A stretch of DNA of 64,000 nt from Pseudovirgaria hyperparasitica (taxonomy: Eukaryota): NCBI GenBank assembly GCA_010093815.1, contig ML996573.1; one strand, written 5' to 3'. The notes below the pieces were generated by a model. That model searched no databases and was not told where the DNA came from. It was given only the letters and a program-made list of their open reading frames with translations. Positions 10,463 to 23,342 of this stretch are shown here, piece by piece; position 1 is the stretch's first letter; each line of letters opens with the position of its first letter. The position numbers were made by a program, and so were the translations under genes.

Positions 10463-11523
10463 GACTACGTTGGCGAGAAGATGAGGAGGATTGGCACACT
10501 ACATTGAACCTGCAATGTTCAAAAAGTTTTGGGTTGCAGGTTGCTGCTGACTAGCCCGCTGCTGATTGGACGCCACTAGTCTAAAAACTAGGGGCACCCG
10601 GCTTGGAGATCCTAGCCAAGACACGATTGGATGCGGAGCCCAAAACTTAGAGCCATTAGCTGTGACAAGTCAGAGACACAGTAATTAACAGCAGTATTTT
10701 GGAGTGTTGCAGTAAAGAGAGAAGATATTGAATTTAGGAAAGTACGAGCGATTTGAACTATTTCTTCCCCTTCACCTGGCAGACCACTCCGACAGCCTGA
10801 TTACCACTCCGGAAGCCGCCCTTCAGATCCATCCCATAGAATCTCCCAACCATTTGAGATTCTACGCCCCTACAAAAAGCATGCCAAAGTGATCTGCCTC
10901 ATTAATGTCTTGCCATTGGCCCACACATGATGATGATGATGGTGCGTGTTTTGTGATTTTCGATTTCGTCCCCGGTTTTTAGTGCAACCTCCCCAGACAT
11001 GATCCAGACGTGCCGAATACTCGCAAAGAAAGCAAAGAAGAGACATGAAGTAACACGATTTGGGGGGAGTGAAGTTTAAGTTGAGTAGGATAGCAGCAAT
11101 ATTGAGAAACCGAGACATTGCTCAATCCTCTACATCTCTGGTCGAGCGCGTCCCTCCAAACCGTCTTCGAGGCGAAAATCCCGGGAGTCGACGAGACAAG
11201 AGCAGACCAAAGGTCCAAAAGTCCGAAAAGTGTCGCCCATCGAAGAATTGACGCTGACGAGGAACCTGGAATAAGAGCGTATGGATTACCGAGAGATCTG
11301 TTGAGGAGAGATGTGTAGTCTTTGCCTGTGCCATGGAAGTTGAAGCCATAGAAAAGGACTCATATGCTGATAAGATGCAGGCCAGCCGTCTGGGTAAAGA
11401 AAAGACGGCGAGGCCGCATTTCCCACATGAGAGAGAGATGCCACATTCCAGAGAATACGGACATCTTCGAGTAAAGTGCATGAGTAGAGAGAATTTGACG
11501 TGGACTACTCCGCTTCAGTTGTA

Positions 11524-12930
11524 TCAATAGCCTCCCTGCTGGTATTGATCCCCACCGCGTTTGTTGGCAGAGCGGAGTTGCCTATGGGAAAACAGGAAAT
11601 TAGCAACTCTGTCCACGGCACTCCCCCCGCGCCAAGCGTCATCATCGAGCACTAAACGCAGAGGAGAGGAGGATCTTACAGGGACCAATAAATCGCACTC
11701 ACATTCCAGTACCCCCTTCGCGGGCATTCACGGGACCACGGCGTTTGTCGTTGACAGCACCAGCAGCCGGTGTTGGGGCTCCGGTGGCAGCACCAGTTCC
11801 AGTGACGTGACGGGCACGCCCCTTGTCATCATCGTCGGCTTGGCCCTGGTTCCCGGCAGCCTGAGCAATGGCCTGGGCATTCTTCTGGTACTTGTATACG
11901 GTCCAGTCAAAGACGTAGTCGTACTGGAATCCTTCACGGACGAAGAGGTCACGGAAGATCTTACGGAGGTATGAGTAGTCGGGCTTGTCGTCGAAGCGAA
12001 GGGAACGCGTGTAGTTGAGGTAGATGGCAAACTCGTTGGGGAATCCACGGCAGAGAACTTCGGTAGGAGTGGTCATCTTCTTCTCCATGATACGGTCGTA
12101 CTTTTGCTTCTTCGTGGCAGCCTTGAGTCCTTGCCACGGAAGGGATCCACGGCAGAAGTAGAGCATCACATATCCGAGGGATTCCATATCGTCACGACGG
12201 GATTGTTCTATCAATGTAAGCAATACGAACGCGGGATAAAAGGATGGAAGTGTACGTACCGACGCCCAAATGGGTGTTGATACTGGCATAACGGGCAGTT
12301 CCAGTCAGGTTCTTGTTCTCTCTGTAGGGGATGTGGAAGTGAGTCTTTGGATCTCTGTACTTCTTGGCAAGACCAAAGTCGATCACGTTGACCTGGTTGC
12401 CCCGTTTCCCAATGCCCATGAGGAAATTGTCCGGTTTGATATCACGGTGGATGAAGGACTTGGCGTGGATGTATTCGATACGCGAGATGAGCTGGTCGGC
12501 GAGTAACAGGACGGTCTTCAAGGAGAATTTACGGTTGCAAAAGTTGAACAGGTCTTCCAAACTGGGGCCGAGGAGATCGAGCACCATGGCGTTGTAGTCA
12601 CACTCAGTACCGAACCAGCGTACGAAGGGAATTCCGACACCACCAGCAAGGGACTTGTATACACGGGCCTCATACTCGAGTTGTGGATGCTTGGCCTTGA
12701 CAGACTCAAGCTTGATGGCAATTTCCTCGCCAGAGATAATGTTGGTGCCTATTGAGATTAACCTTCAGCTTGATAAAGAGATTTGTGCTGACTGACCGAG
12801 GTAGATGTCACCAAAAGAACCACTACCAATCTTACGACCGATTCGGTATTTGTTTCCGACACGGAGATCCTATACTGGAGTTAGAAGGTCTGTTATAAAG
12901 CTCTAGTAGGACGCGTACCATTGTCGTCAT
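11524..12930 (-). CDS. HRR25: Casein kinase I (Hrr25/Hhp1/CK1a)
   Basis: [64 protein letters not shown]. Last intron 11582-11702 gives the C-terminus [19 protein letters not shown]. Confidence 0.97.
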
Positions 12931-13054
12931 GTTTGAGGGGCTGTCGTCGAGGGGACGAAGGCCTTGAGGATATGTATTGGACGGGTTGGATAAGAGGATG
13001 AGCTGCTCGTTATCGAGGGGGTGAAGTGAGGATGGAGTATTTCAAGAGGTCAGC

Positions 13055-13289
13055 CTGCGTAGGAGGTTCCGGTCAGTATAAAGTGGAGTAAGAGTAGGTG
13101 AGGAGGTTGGCGTGTCAAGCGAGGCGGTGTGTTCGAGGCTGAGAGAACAGGTGACTTGGGCAGCCGGAAAGGCAGGATGGTATATGGCTGCTGAAGGAAA
13201 GAATACAAGGAATGGAAGAGGATTGAAGGTGATGATGACGAAGAATTGATGAAGAGTAGGGTGCAGGGACAAGGTGGTGGTGTACGTAC
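13055..13289 (-). other. Putative 5'-UTR intron of casein kinase I
   Basis: GTACGT donor, CTGAC branch site and CGCAG acceptor, inside an ATG-free pyrimidine-rich leader of about 700 nt. Confidence 0.6.
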
Positions 13290-14172
13290 TTATTATGAAG
13301 TATGGTGCCGAGCCTTGGGAGTGAAGTGGGCGAGGGCGGTGGAGACGCTTGAAGCCCGAGCGGAGAAGAGCAAAGAGCAAGCCGCGAACAGAAGGCGAGT
13401 GTGGCAAAGAGGAAGCACACAAAGGCAGAGCTGAAACAGAGTGGCAAGCAAACCGGGATGTTGATATGAAGCCTTCGAGGAATGTTGGTCTCGAAGGAGA
13501 AGAGGAGAGTGAGTTGTTGGGAGGTGAGAGTGAGAAGCAGGAAGGCCGAAGTGAGGTGGTGGTGGTGGTGGTAGTGGTGGTGGTAGAGTGGTTAATAGTG
13601 GAGGTGAAGGGTAGCGCGGCTGGGTGGGTGCTACTAACCTTCAAGGTTAATTTAGGTATTCAGGCTTAGTTAGCAGTCAGTCACTTTACAAGCAAGGAAG
13701 GCGAGCAACCAAGCAACCAAGCAACCAGGCCAGCTATTATTACAGTGTTGCAGTATTACTTAGACAACGGACAGTGGACAGTGGACAGTGCGCCCTGCAA
13801 AAAGACTCTCTTCTTGTTCCGAATGTTCCAATGGCCTCGAAGCTGGACGCGCGCGAGACGACGACCACCTACACACTCACGCACTCTCTGTCTGACAAGC
13901 TTTCTGGTCACTGTCGACGACCGGTGGACAAACGCGCCCTTTTGCTGGGAAAACCCCACTTTGCCTGAGTTGTGAAAAAAGGTAAATTTGGAAATGTGGT
14001 CGGTTCAATGTCACTGTGTCACGTGTGAACCCGCCCAAACAGTGAAGAGGACAAGAATAGAAACTCACGTTATATGAATGAAGCCGGTCCGGAAAAGGGT
14101 TCAAAGAAAGCAAAGCGGCAGCCCAAGTCCGCCCAACAAGCTACGTGTGTGTGCGGTGTGTGGCGCCCTTGC

Positions 14173-14207
14173 TGTCAGTGTGTCAGTGTGTCAGTGTGTC
14201 AGTGTGT
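14173..14207 (+). repeat. Tandem repeat (TGTCAGTG)x4
   Basis: Read directly from the sequence; lies upstream of casein kinase I. Confidence 0.9.
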
Positions 14208-15376
14208 ATCTTGTCGGCCAACTTCCACTTGACACGCTTTGTGCCACACCCTTATTACTGGTGATGATATTATATGCCCGACCTTGCATCGATACCCCCG
14301 ACTATCCCTCTCACCATCAATCCAACCTCTTTTGTGTCTCGCTCTTCTGCTTACTGTCACGTCACTGGTCTTACGCTCCAGTGCCCTTCTGACAAATGCC
14401 TCATCAATGCCTCACTTCCTCGACGCGAGTTTCATCAACATTTACCTACTAATTACCCATAACAATCCTGATTTCACGCTTGCGAACCCTGCTCGCTTAT
14501 CGCAATACCACACCGCCGGATTGTTACTTGGTCCACATCGACGTGTTGTTTTCCTTTTGTCCCAAAAATGTCCGAGACGGTTTGCATTTGCGGGAAACTC
14601 GATTCTCTACTGTACTGTACTGTGCTGCACTCGTTTCGTTGGCTCGCTATTATCCTGTTGACGAGCTCAAGCCCGAGCTAGCCGCTGATTACTCCTCTAG
14701 ACGCTGACCGGACAGGCGACAGGGGTGCGGAGCGACGGTCAGCAGGCCTCCTGACTGTTCGCCTTCCACACAGCACTGCTATTCCAGAACACCGGCCTAA
14801 CATTCCTAGACCCATGGTAATGCTGAATGCATGCTGACAACTGACCACCTCTCAACAATGGTACAGCAAGCTTTTAGGCTTCCCCTCATCTGCGCGACCT
14901 TCCACCACTCCGCCTTCAATGAACCTTATGCATGGCCCTTGGCTTGTATTCGTAGATTAACAAAAACCTTGCAAACGATTGTCTTGCCATCGTCAACAGT
15001 CGACGTGTCTGTCGTCCAGAACGTACACTGCGGCATTCTATTGGCTTGACGTGTCACAATCTTGTTGACCTTGAGCATAAGGCCGGCCTGTATGATATAG
15101 TCTCCGAAACGTCGTCCATGCTTTGCACAAATCCGATGTTAGTTCTCCAGCGCCTTGGTTGGTAGCTAGTGTTATCTCCTTAATACCATGGGTGTGTTGT
15201 AAATACTTCTTTCATATACCGTAGCCGTGTATATCATCTTCGGACTCCTACTGTACCCTTGTTCTTGAAGCCCAAGACTCTGCAAACATGTGGCTCGCCG
15301 ACCGGGTATAATCCAACCACAAAACTCCGTGTTATGTAAAGCCCCCTATGTCCCGATCCGTTTCTTTCAAAAGTCA

Positions 15377-15975
15377 TCATCCAACAGTTTGCTGTGGCGC
15401 CGCCATGCTCATTCTCAGCTGCCTTTCTCGCTGATTCGCTTGTAGCGTGAGTCGATCCACAGCATAGCTCAGTCTCTCCTTCTTCAATCTCATCTGCTTC
15501 AGCTTCATCACTTCCGACGGGCCCAGCTTCTCTCCATTTCCACCCGCCACACTTCTTCTCCCCGACACAGTCGAGTTTGGTCGTGTTGGCTTGCTGGCCG
15601 AAGATTCGCTACCTAGACGGCCCTCATTCAGATCGAATTTGGCCATGAGAGACTTCTCGCGCCGCTCGAGTCTGTCCAGATAATTTGAGACCCGGTTGAG
15701 GAGAGAGTCAACTTCGGGGTGTATTTCGGAGACGAGGGAGGATTGAGCGGTTTGGAGGTCTGGTTCCGATATGAGTTCAAAGTGCTAGTCGCTTGTCAAT
15801 TTCTAGGCAAGTAAATCGCGTAAGAGCTCGCGCCTACTCTCGTCGTTTGCAGCACTTTGGCCAACCGTGGGAAGTCCTGGACCCCGCTGTCGAGTACCGA
15901 GATAGAGTTATCTAGCAAGCGTCGCGATGTCTCGAGAGAGTGCACGCAGCCCTCGAGGGAGGCTGCAAGAGACAT
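15377..15975 (-). CDS. SPC19: DASH/Dam1 complex subunit Spc19
   Basis: MSLAASLEGCVHSLETS..DFPRLAKVLQTTR|HFELISE..LERREKSLMAK..KKERLSYAVDRLTLQ. One intron at about 15786-15837. Confidence 0.9.
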
Positions 15976-16215
15976 GTTGTGTGGACTGGATGCAATGGTA
16001 GAGGTTGTGCTTGCAAATCACTTGAAACGAGTAGCCGATAGATGTTGTGCCAAGCCAAACACTTATGTCATCATTTGTTACTTGCCAAGCCACTGTAATT
16101 AATCCAATAGCTTCTTTGACTTTGACTCCGGATCAGGTCCATCGACGACCTTTCCACCACGACTTCATCACTCGACCCCTCAGAAACTGTCCAATTCGCA
16201 AAATCCAATCACACA

Positions 16216-16658
16216 ATGTCATACCTCGGAAGAAAGTGGCCGGCGCCCGTCGGTACGTTATTCAATGAGCACCCACTGTCCATGTTCCAAAGCTAACGAA
16301 GCTGCTACAGCCCGACCCATGATCCCCTTCTACGCTGCCGGTACGTACTGAGTGATTTCATCTTTCACGAAGGCTCAATTAGGCAAACACATATGCAAAA
16401 TATACCATCAGCGAAAAAATAGAAGATCGCAACCTTGCCGACTTTACGGCGCACCCACAAGATATCAATGCACTTACACTCGACCAGGTCTCATCGTCAT
16501 GTACGGTGTCAACTCCTTCGCTGGCGCTCTCGCTCAATGTGCGTAATCATACTCTCGTCCTTGCGTTTTATTGTCGTCCCATATCTGACCCCATTCTAGC
16601 CGACGAGTACAAGAACGACCCGCGCAACCCGGCGTCCAAGAGCTCTGATGCCCACTAG
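16216..16658 (+). CDS. ATP18: Mitochondrial F1Fo ATP synthase subunit j (i)
   Basis: Four exons splice to MSYLGRKWPAPVARPMIPFYAAGLIVMYGVNSFAGALAQSDEYKNDPRNPASKSSDAH. Confidence 0.92.
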
Positions 16659-16975
16659 AGTGTGACAAGGACTGAGTAGTGGATGATACGGTGGGCGTGT
16701 CCGCTATACAAGCACAGGCGGACCAAGCAGATGTACATATGCTATAGACAAGAAGCGATCACAAGCATCAAGAGTTGCGGATGTCACAGTATCTCGTTGA
16801 TAAGGCCGAACATACCATGATATGATATTACCAAATACTTCCACCAACGCCATGCATTTAAAAGTGCCGCAGACACCTTTACAGTTTTCCGCAAGACCGA
16901 AGCGATAATTGAGATAACCCAAACCTAGGCTTACAAAGGTATTTGACGAACATGGCTGGTACTACACAAAAGGTA

Positions 16976-19325
16976 TTATTCATACATGTCACCTTCCACA
17001 GGGACTCCAACTTCCCGACTCGAGAAACCCAGGTGCCCCTTCCCCATGACGCCCCACATGACCTCTCCCGTCCAGTCTTCCCTTCTGTCTGTGTTCTTCT
17101 CTGGGTGGCACGCCGCCGCGATAGCTATACTACAGCTTGCAGCAACCGGCATCGCCACTCTGAACTTCTTCGCCCCGACCGCCAGTATCCCAACAATCAA
17201 GAGGCCCGTAGCACAGATAACAAGCACGATAGCAAGGGGCGAGTATCCACAGCTCATAAAGTTGTCAACGGGAAGCTGCTGCGCGGACGAGGCGTCCTGC
17301 GAACTCGTTGTATTCCCACCTGACACCTGCTGTGAGGCATACGAATACGTCTCGACATTGACCAGAAAAATGCTCTGCGAAACCAGCCAGTGCAAGAATC
17401 CCGACGCTCCCATCAACGGCAGCGCAATCCGATACGGCAGTTGCAGAAAATACGTATCGCGCTGCGCGCCCCTGGGCACGGTCGACACACGGAGACTCTT
17501 GCGCACGCGGGCGTACGAGTTCCACTCCTGGCTCAGGAACATGGACGTGAACAGGCCGTTGTAGGTGAAGTACATGAATGAGAGGATGGGCTGGGCGGCA
17601 TTGGCGACGAGCACGTTTGCGAGCAGACCGCTGGCGCCCGACGAGGGGATCTCCCAGCTGATCATCGTCATCGGGTTGATTTCGCCGAGGCCGAGTTTGG
17701 CGAGACTGCCTATGTCGCTGGGGCCCGTGATGGCGCGGCGGCCGAAATCGAACAGGAATGTTACGAGGGCAAAGGCAAAGGAAAACATCGACATGCATGC
17801 GATCCAGCGTTTGACGGATGCTGCGGTGTACCAGCGCCGGTGTAGCAGCTGGAATCGCCGGGGACCGGTATGCCAGATGTATTTCGAGTTGGTGATGTCG
17901 GTCTTGGAGGTGAGACACATGTCTCTGCTGAACATATCCTCTGACGATAGAAACGAAGCAACACCGTCTCCCATGGTCATCAGCGGATTCTCCTTGACGC
18001 CGTAAGCCAGATAAAACATTATTGATGCTTTTAGAGCGTTGAGGATAATGACCACAATGGCAAGTATGAGGGAAAATTGGATTTTGCAGTACTCGTTGGT
18101 TTTTTCCGAGTAGCACTCGTTGATATCGTAGTAGAATGGCCGCCAGCCTGAGGAGTTTGTGTAAATCCCGGAAATGCGGTCTCGGCAAGGATCATCATAC
18201 ACTGGATACGAGGAGCAGGTGGAATACCGCACATTCTGTTGGTTGCAAATCCATCCGTAGGGATCTACTTGGTACTCGCCAACAACTGCGGAGGAGGAAT
18301 GACAGATTACTTCGATCTCAGTTGAGGAGTTATAATCGGTTGCGGGCATGATAAGGGATGCGCGGTTAGTGACAAAGTCCTGGGCGTAGGCTCTGATACA
18401 GTCGTCCCTACTCAATGCTTCAACATTCGGCGAACCCTCCTTGATCATGCGATGGAGGTTCAAAAGATCGGCTTCATAGAGATTTACGTGGTCGAGCACC
18501 CAGGTTTGATTGTCTGCAGGTGGGTTCAAAAATGCTTCCGAAACTGTGTATATCGAATACTCATTGGCGGCGATGGAGCTGTACACGGCAGAGTTGTAAC
18601 TACTGCTTGTCAGCGAGGTGAATAACACGTACGACGACAACTGACAATAGATGTAATGGTAACGATGAGAAGCCGAGAGCCACCCAAAGAATGGTTCGAA
18701 GGGGGCTTATATGTCGCAGATTCCGAAAACTTGGCACTCCAATATCCAGCCAAACTCCCTTTGCATGCGCACTGTCTATTTCAGCTCGCGTTGGAGCAGA
18801 TAGACACTGCATACAGTAGTTACTTGAGCTCAGGAGCACAGTGCTTAGAATGTTGATGAGGAGATGGAGAAAGGTGTTCAGCGGCCGCATCTTGTCGCAG
18901 CTCCCATTGAACAACGTAGACCGGCCCTCCACAACATCGTACTTCGCCGTCGCCCATATCGTCACCACAAGATTGACCACAAAGACAACGGAACTGCCTA
19001 CCGCACAGGACATCGCGCCCGCCCGCCAGCCCAGAAACTGCCGGTTCCACCATCGCATGAATCGTCCATGTCTGCTCGGTGGTTGTGGTGTTGACGACGA
19101 CGGCTTCAATCCGGAGTCGAGCATATCAGTTCCATGGTCACCGTGCGCTGTAATGTCCCGTAGAGGGATGTACATGGTGTCTTCATCGTTGGTGTAGATA
19201 CTCGATCCGTAGAGCGATGGTTTCGAAGACGTTATCGAGGGCGCGGGTAGTTGCAGTGCGTGCTGCTCTGTCACATCGTCGAGCCTGTGATATCCCTGCG
19301 GACTCCAGACGTCACGACGCGACAT
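16976..19325 (-). CDS. DUF6536-type fungal multi-pass membrane protein
   Basis: INILSTVLLSSSNYCMQCLSAPTRAEIDSAHAKGVWLDIGVPSFRNL, TMGDGVASFL, GAQRDTYFLQLPYR, ASCSIAIAAACH. Intron 18600-18645. Confidence 0.85.
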
Positions 19326-20599
19326 CGTGCAGCAATCGCATAGCAATATTTGGAGGAGGGTGGTAAGAGTCGCGTGGTCCTCTGAGACTGCTCAAAACAA
19401 AAGACAAGTTTGCAAATTAAACACACACGCAGCGGGGGGTCGATGTCGATGTCGATGTCGACTAAAGAATTAAAGATGAAGTCAGCCTCCAAGTCTAAGC
19501 CCGCATCGAAGAACAGATAGCCAATCTACGCTGTGGCGCTGCCAATGATCCTGTGTAGCCTTCGTTTAAAATAAGTTCGGGGGCAGGTCAGAGGGAAGCG
19601 CCACAAGTTCCCCGATTCCAATTCGTTAATTGTTCATGGCGATTTTTAGGCCGATCTTGAAACGCATCCATGGATGCATTAATGCGTTGGGGGCTGAAAA
19701 GGAAAGGAGAGATTTGTTGGCCGACCAACGCCACACAGTTGGCTAGACATATATTTTGTGGCAGGACTGAGTGAGGGTGATGGCTCAATATATCGTGAAG
19801 CGTAGGTAGGTAGGTGATTACTGGTTACAGAGCGACATTTGTATTCGTGGGAAAAGGAGCTTGAGTGAACCTAGCTTTGCTGTTGGTGTTGGTGTTGGTG
19901 TTGGGTTCGTTGCCTAAGGCAGCAATCCATACCCACCTGTACCTTTCTCGCTAAGCTTCTTTTATCTACCGTATACGATCTCGCGGCCTCATAACATGAC
20001 TCTCCTTCCTTACCCGCCGAGTCGCCGTCTTCAACTGTTGACTCCTCATGCACGGCGAAGACTCTGCTCAGCAGCGAGAAGGCCAGAAAGCCAAAGCAGA
20101 ATCCCTATATAGACATACCCGAGGCTGCAAATATCGACCGCTCCCTTTCGATAACAGAAAGCAATCTACTCGTCTTCACCAAGATCAGCAGGTATCTCGC
20201 TCATACAGGCGGAGCCACTCACTCTAGACGCCAAAACCCAGGAATCAGCGGCACGGAACCGGACTGCCAGGCTGCTACGGTGCCCAATCCATCTGTTGTA
20301 CCTGGATTTACCATTCGGGGTGTATATCTTGTGGGTGTCGTATACTTGGCCATGTACAACGTAATAGTCTATTAGTCTGCGAGTAAGACACCAGTTATGG
20401 GCGCGAGCTAGACGTATGTGATCAGGAATGTAAATGAACGGGAGTCGGTGGAGCAACATACCCATATGATATAACCGTCCCATAGAGTTGAGTAGGGCCG
20501 AGGCAGATGGTAGGATTTTCCAGGAGGTCAATGCCTAGGCTCCAACAGATGCGAGGATGTAAGATCCACGATGCAGATTGACATGCTGTCTGATATCAA

Positions 20600-21455
20600 C
20601 CAAAGGACTTAGAACTACACCGCATTCCAGACGAGCCTGGAACTTGCTGGGAGGAGACGGTTCAAAGGGAAATCGGTCGGCGGGTATGGTGGGAATTGGT
20701 TGAGTGGGAATTTCATTATAGCCCCTATACTGGTACTAGTGTTGTCATTATCGACCTGAGACAATTCACAATACGACTTCCTTGGAATTGTAACGACGAT
20801 GACCTGTGTGGTCAAGACGAGGCCTGCGTAACGAGCAGTACATATACTATTACCACATCCCGTATGTCGCTCCTGATACCTACTTGACTAGACGGGCCAG
20901 ACGATAAAGCTGATATAATGTCGCGCTACGAACATGTCATCAATGTGGATCGACAAATGAGGCGACTCGTGGCTAATATACCTACCACCAGCCATCCTGC
21001 AGAGTCAAGACGAAGTCTAGACAGGGACCGAATCGCTCGACCTCGCTCGGCGTACCCTGGCAATCGCAGCTGCAGACAAGATAAGCATGATACGCCGATC
21101 TTTCACAATTAGAAGCCTACAATCGCCTGCATATACCTGTTTACTAGGTAGACAGACATGTATTTCTGCAGCCATGACGATACTCCGCGAGCACGAACAT
21201 CTCTTCAAAGCCGTTCCACGCTCCCCATCCCTGTGGCTGCACTCTGCTTTCCGTGTGACCGCGGTCGTAGTACTCTGCATAGAGCTTTTATACTATCACT
21301 CGTCAATGACGACTGACCAGCAACAATATCGTATGAATCTGGTCCGGGAGGCCAGTGCTCGCCTCAACCAATCTATGAACGATACCATGGCGCTCAGAGG
21401 CGTCAATTTGGTGCAGATTGTATTAGATGATAATCTCCTCTCTCTCCTACAATAA
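20600..21455 (+). pseudogene. Relic of a fungal-specific (Zn2Cys6-type) transcription factor, middle and C-terminal region
   Basis: LELHRI..VQREIGRRVWWELV, FTIRLPWNCNDDDL, LARRTLAIAAADKISMIRR, TCISAAMTILREHE. In-frame TGA 20885-20887, a frameshift near 20985 and a TAG near 21018. No zinc cluster or start found. Confidence 0.75.
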
Positions 21456-21779
21456 GCACCAATGTACAGACGGATCTAGCGAGAGATAAAAATCTCAAAC
21501 AGATTATGCATTGCTTTCGACAGCGAGAATAGCATAGTGTATTATAATGGCTGACTATAGGCACGATGAGCTGTCCTAGCCAAGCAAGCACAGAACCTCG
21601 AGGATTTTGATACATGGTTTATTGGTGCTTTTGGATGAATGGTGGGTAGGATGTCACGGATAGGACTTGCTCGTCTCGGATACCCCATGTGTCGATGGAT
21701 ATTGGGAGAGATCCATAGAAACTCGACTGAGAATTCTACTTGTTTGTTCATTTTAAATTCACTATATCAGCAGCTCATC

Positions 21780-22839
21780 ATTCAGCATTCAGGAGGCGAG
21801 AAACAAGTCACAGGTACTCGCAACATTCTATCGCAAAACAACTGCTCGCGGATTCCACGTGCCCCGCAAGTGACCGTCATCGGCTCAGGGCGTTTTGAAA
21901 ATCACGAAGGCATCTCTGAGCTTGACCTCAAGCATCTGGTGGCATACAGTCAATGGAGACGCTACTGATGCTTGTTGCTCACCAGTACCAATCCAGTTTC
22001 CATGAAGATCCATTGTCTCCAGAAGACATAGCGAATGACCTTACCCAGCCGTATAGATGGCACATGGATGCCGCGCTATATGCGACTTCTCCCCGGTGTT
22101 GTCACATCGCTCCATACCATCGACATCCCCCACAGCAACTCCATTTCCCTGAATCACGCACCATGAGCGTGGCAGCAGGAGCCACTCTATGTGAGTCAAA
22201 GAGTATACATGTATCCTAGACAACGAACCCCTACAGTCTTCTCCAGTGCGCGAAATTTCGAAGGTCTGTCCGACAAAGACAAAGACTTCGACGTGAACAC
22301 GACTGTCCAGTATGCACCACTACCATACGAATACATGCACAACTACAAGGCATCAGCTGATCGACCATCAATCCACAAGACCGGCAGAGAACAGGTCCTG
22401 CACACACTTCTAGACTGGACATGGGATGAAGTCCAGTCCGACCCTGTAAATCCATCCCCCCAAAACTTCGTCCCTTTCCTCGCAAGTCCTCATTAACAAC
22501 AACAGGTAGTCTGGAAAAAATCCCTCTAATGGCCAACCTCACACACAAATTGCCGGGTGCTGCGTATACTCCCTCACGACGACCAATCCCGAAACGGGCC
22601 ATAAGTCGCTCATCTCGAATCTTCAGGAGGTCCGAGACATCTGCCATCGACTCCAGATGCCTGTCTATTCACCTGAGAGTGTGTATGCACATGCATGGCA
22701 GAGGGGCGGTCTGGTTTTGCTCCACAACCGAGGCGTGATGCACAGCGTATCTGGCAAGATATCCCGGTATGGTGAAGGACGGTTATTGTGGCAATGTAAT
22801 TTAGCTAGTGGGACGGCGCCGTCAGCATGGAAGAACTAA
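21780..22839 (+). pseudogene. TauD/TfdA-family 2-oxoglutarate dioxygenase (XanA-like) pseudogene
   Basis: RIPRAPQVTVIGSG, YRWHMDA (HxD), NTTVQYAP, LHNRGVMHSV, RLLWQCNL. Frameshifts near 22088 and 22130, an apparent internal deletion after about 22450, and a missing 5' end. Confidence 0.8.
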
Positions 22840-23243
22840 ACTTTGCCTGTATACAAGTCCTTGGCGGATGACATGAATGGGTATATCCCAGTTAAAGGAG
22901 ACCTGTCAGTCATGACAAAAGCACTAGGCAGAAGTGTGGTATTCGAAATATGAAAGAATAAACATGAAAAACCAGGATCTGGCCTGGAGAAGGCAGTATT
23001 ACCAGCGAGTCCACTACTACTATACTCACTCTCACGCCATACATATTTGAACTCGAGATCAAGTACACCTCTAACATCTCTCTGATTATACTTACATAGC
23101 CTATAATGATACATCCGAGAGAAAACAAACCTATATATAGGATCCCAGCCCCTATTCACCGAGGGGTACGACCTGACGCCCAAAAAAAGGGGGGAAAAAG
23201 GGGGAAAAAAAAGGAAAAAAAAAGGAAAAAAAAGCCAAAACTC

Positions 23244-23342
23244 TGCGGGCCAAGGGTCGAACCCAGGCGATTATGCAGGCGAAAACCAGACGAACTGAGT
23301 TTTTTGGAAATCCACGTTGTGGGACCACTAGACCATGGCCCC
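23244..23342 (-). tRNA. Degenerate tRNA-like element (pseudo-tRNA or poor consensus; anticodon ambiguous, TCC or CCA)
   Basis: A-box TGGTCTAGTGG, B-box GGTTCGACC, GGGCCA/TGGCCC acceptor-type pairing and downstream oligo-T runs. D and T arms are imperfect. Confidence 0.5.

Noticed and set aside
13042..13644. 200-codon non-ATG ORF upstream of casein kinase I, as a gene or N-terminal extension
   Set aside because: It is pyrimidine-rich UTR sequence spanning a likely intron, and a TGA at 13042-13044 is in frame with the CK1 ATG.
20885..20891. TGA-CTAG readthrough-type context at the in-frame stop of the TF relic
   Set aside because: A frameshift and another stop follow within about 140 nt and the 5' end is missing, so readthrough cannot restore a protein.
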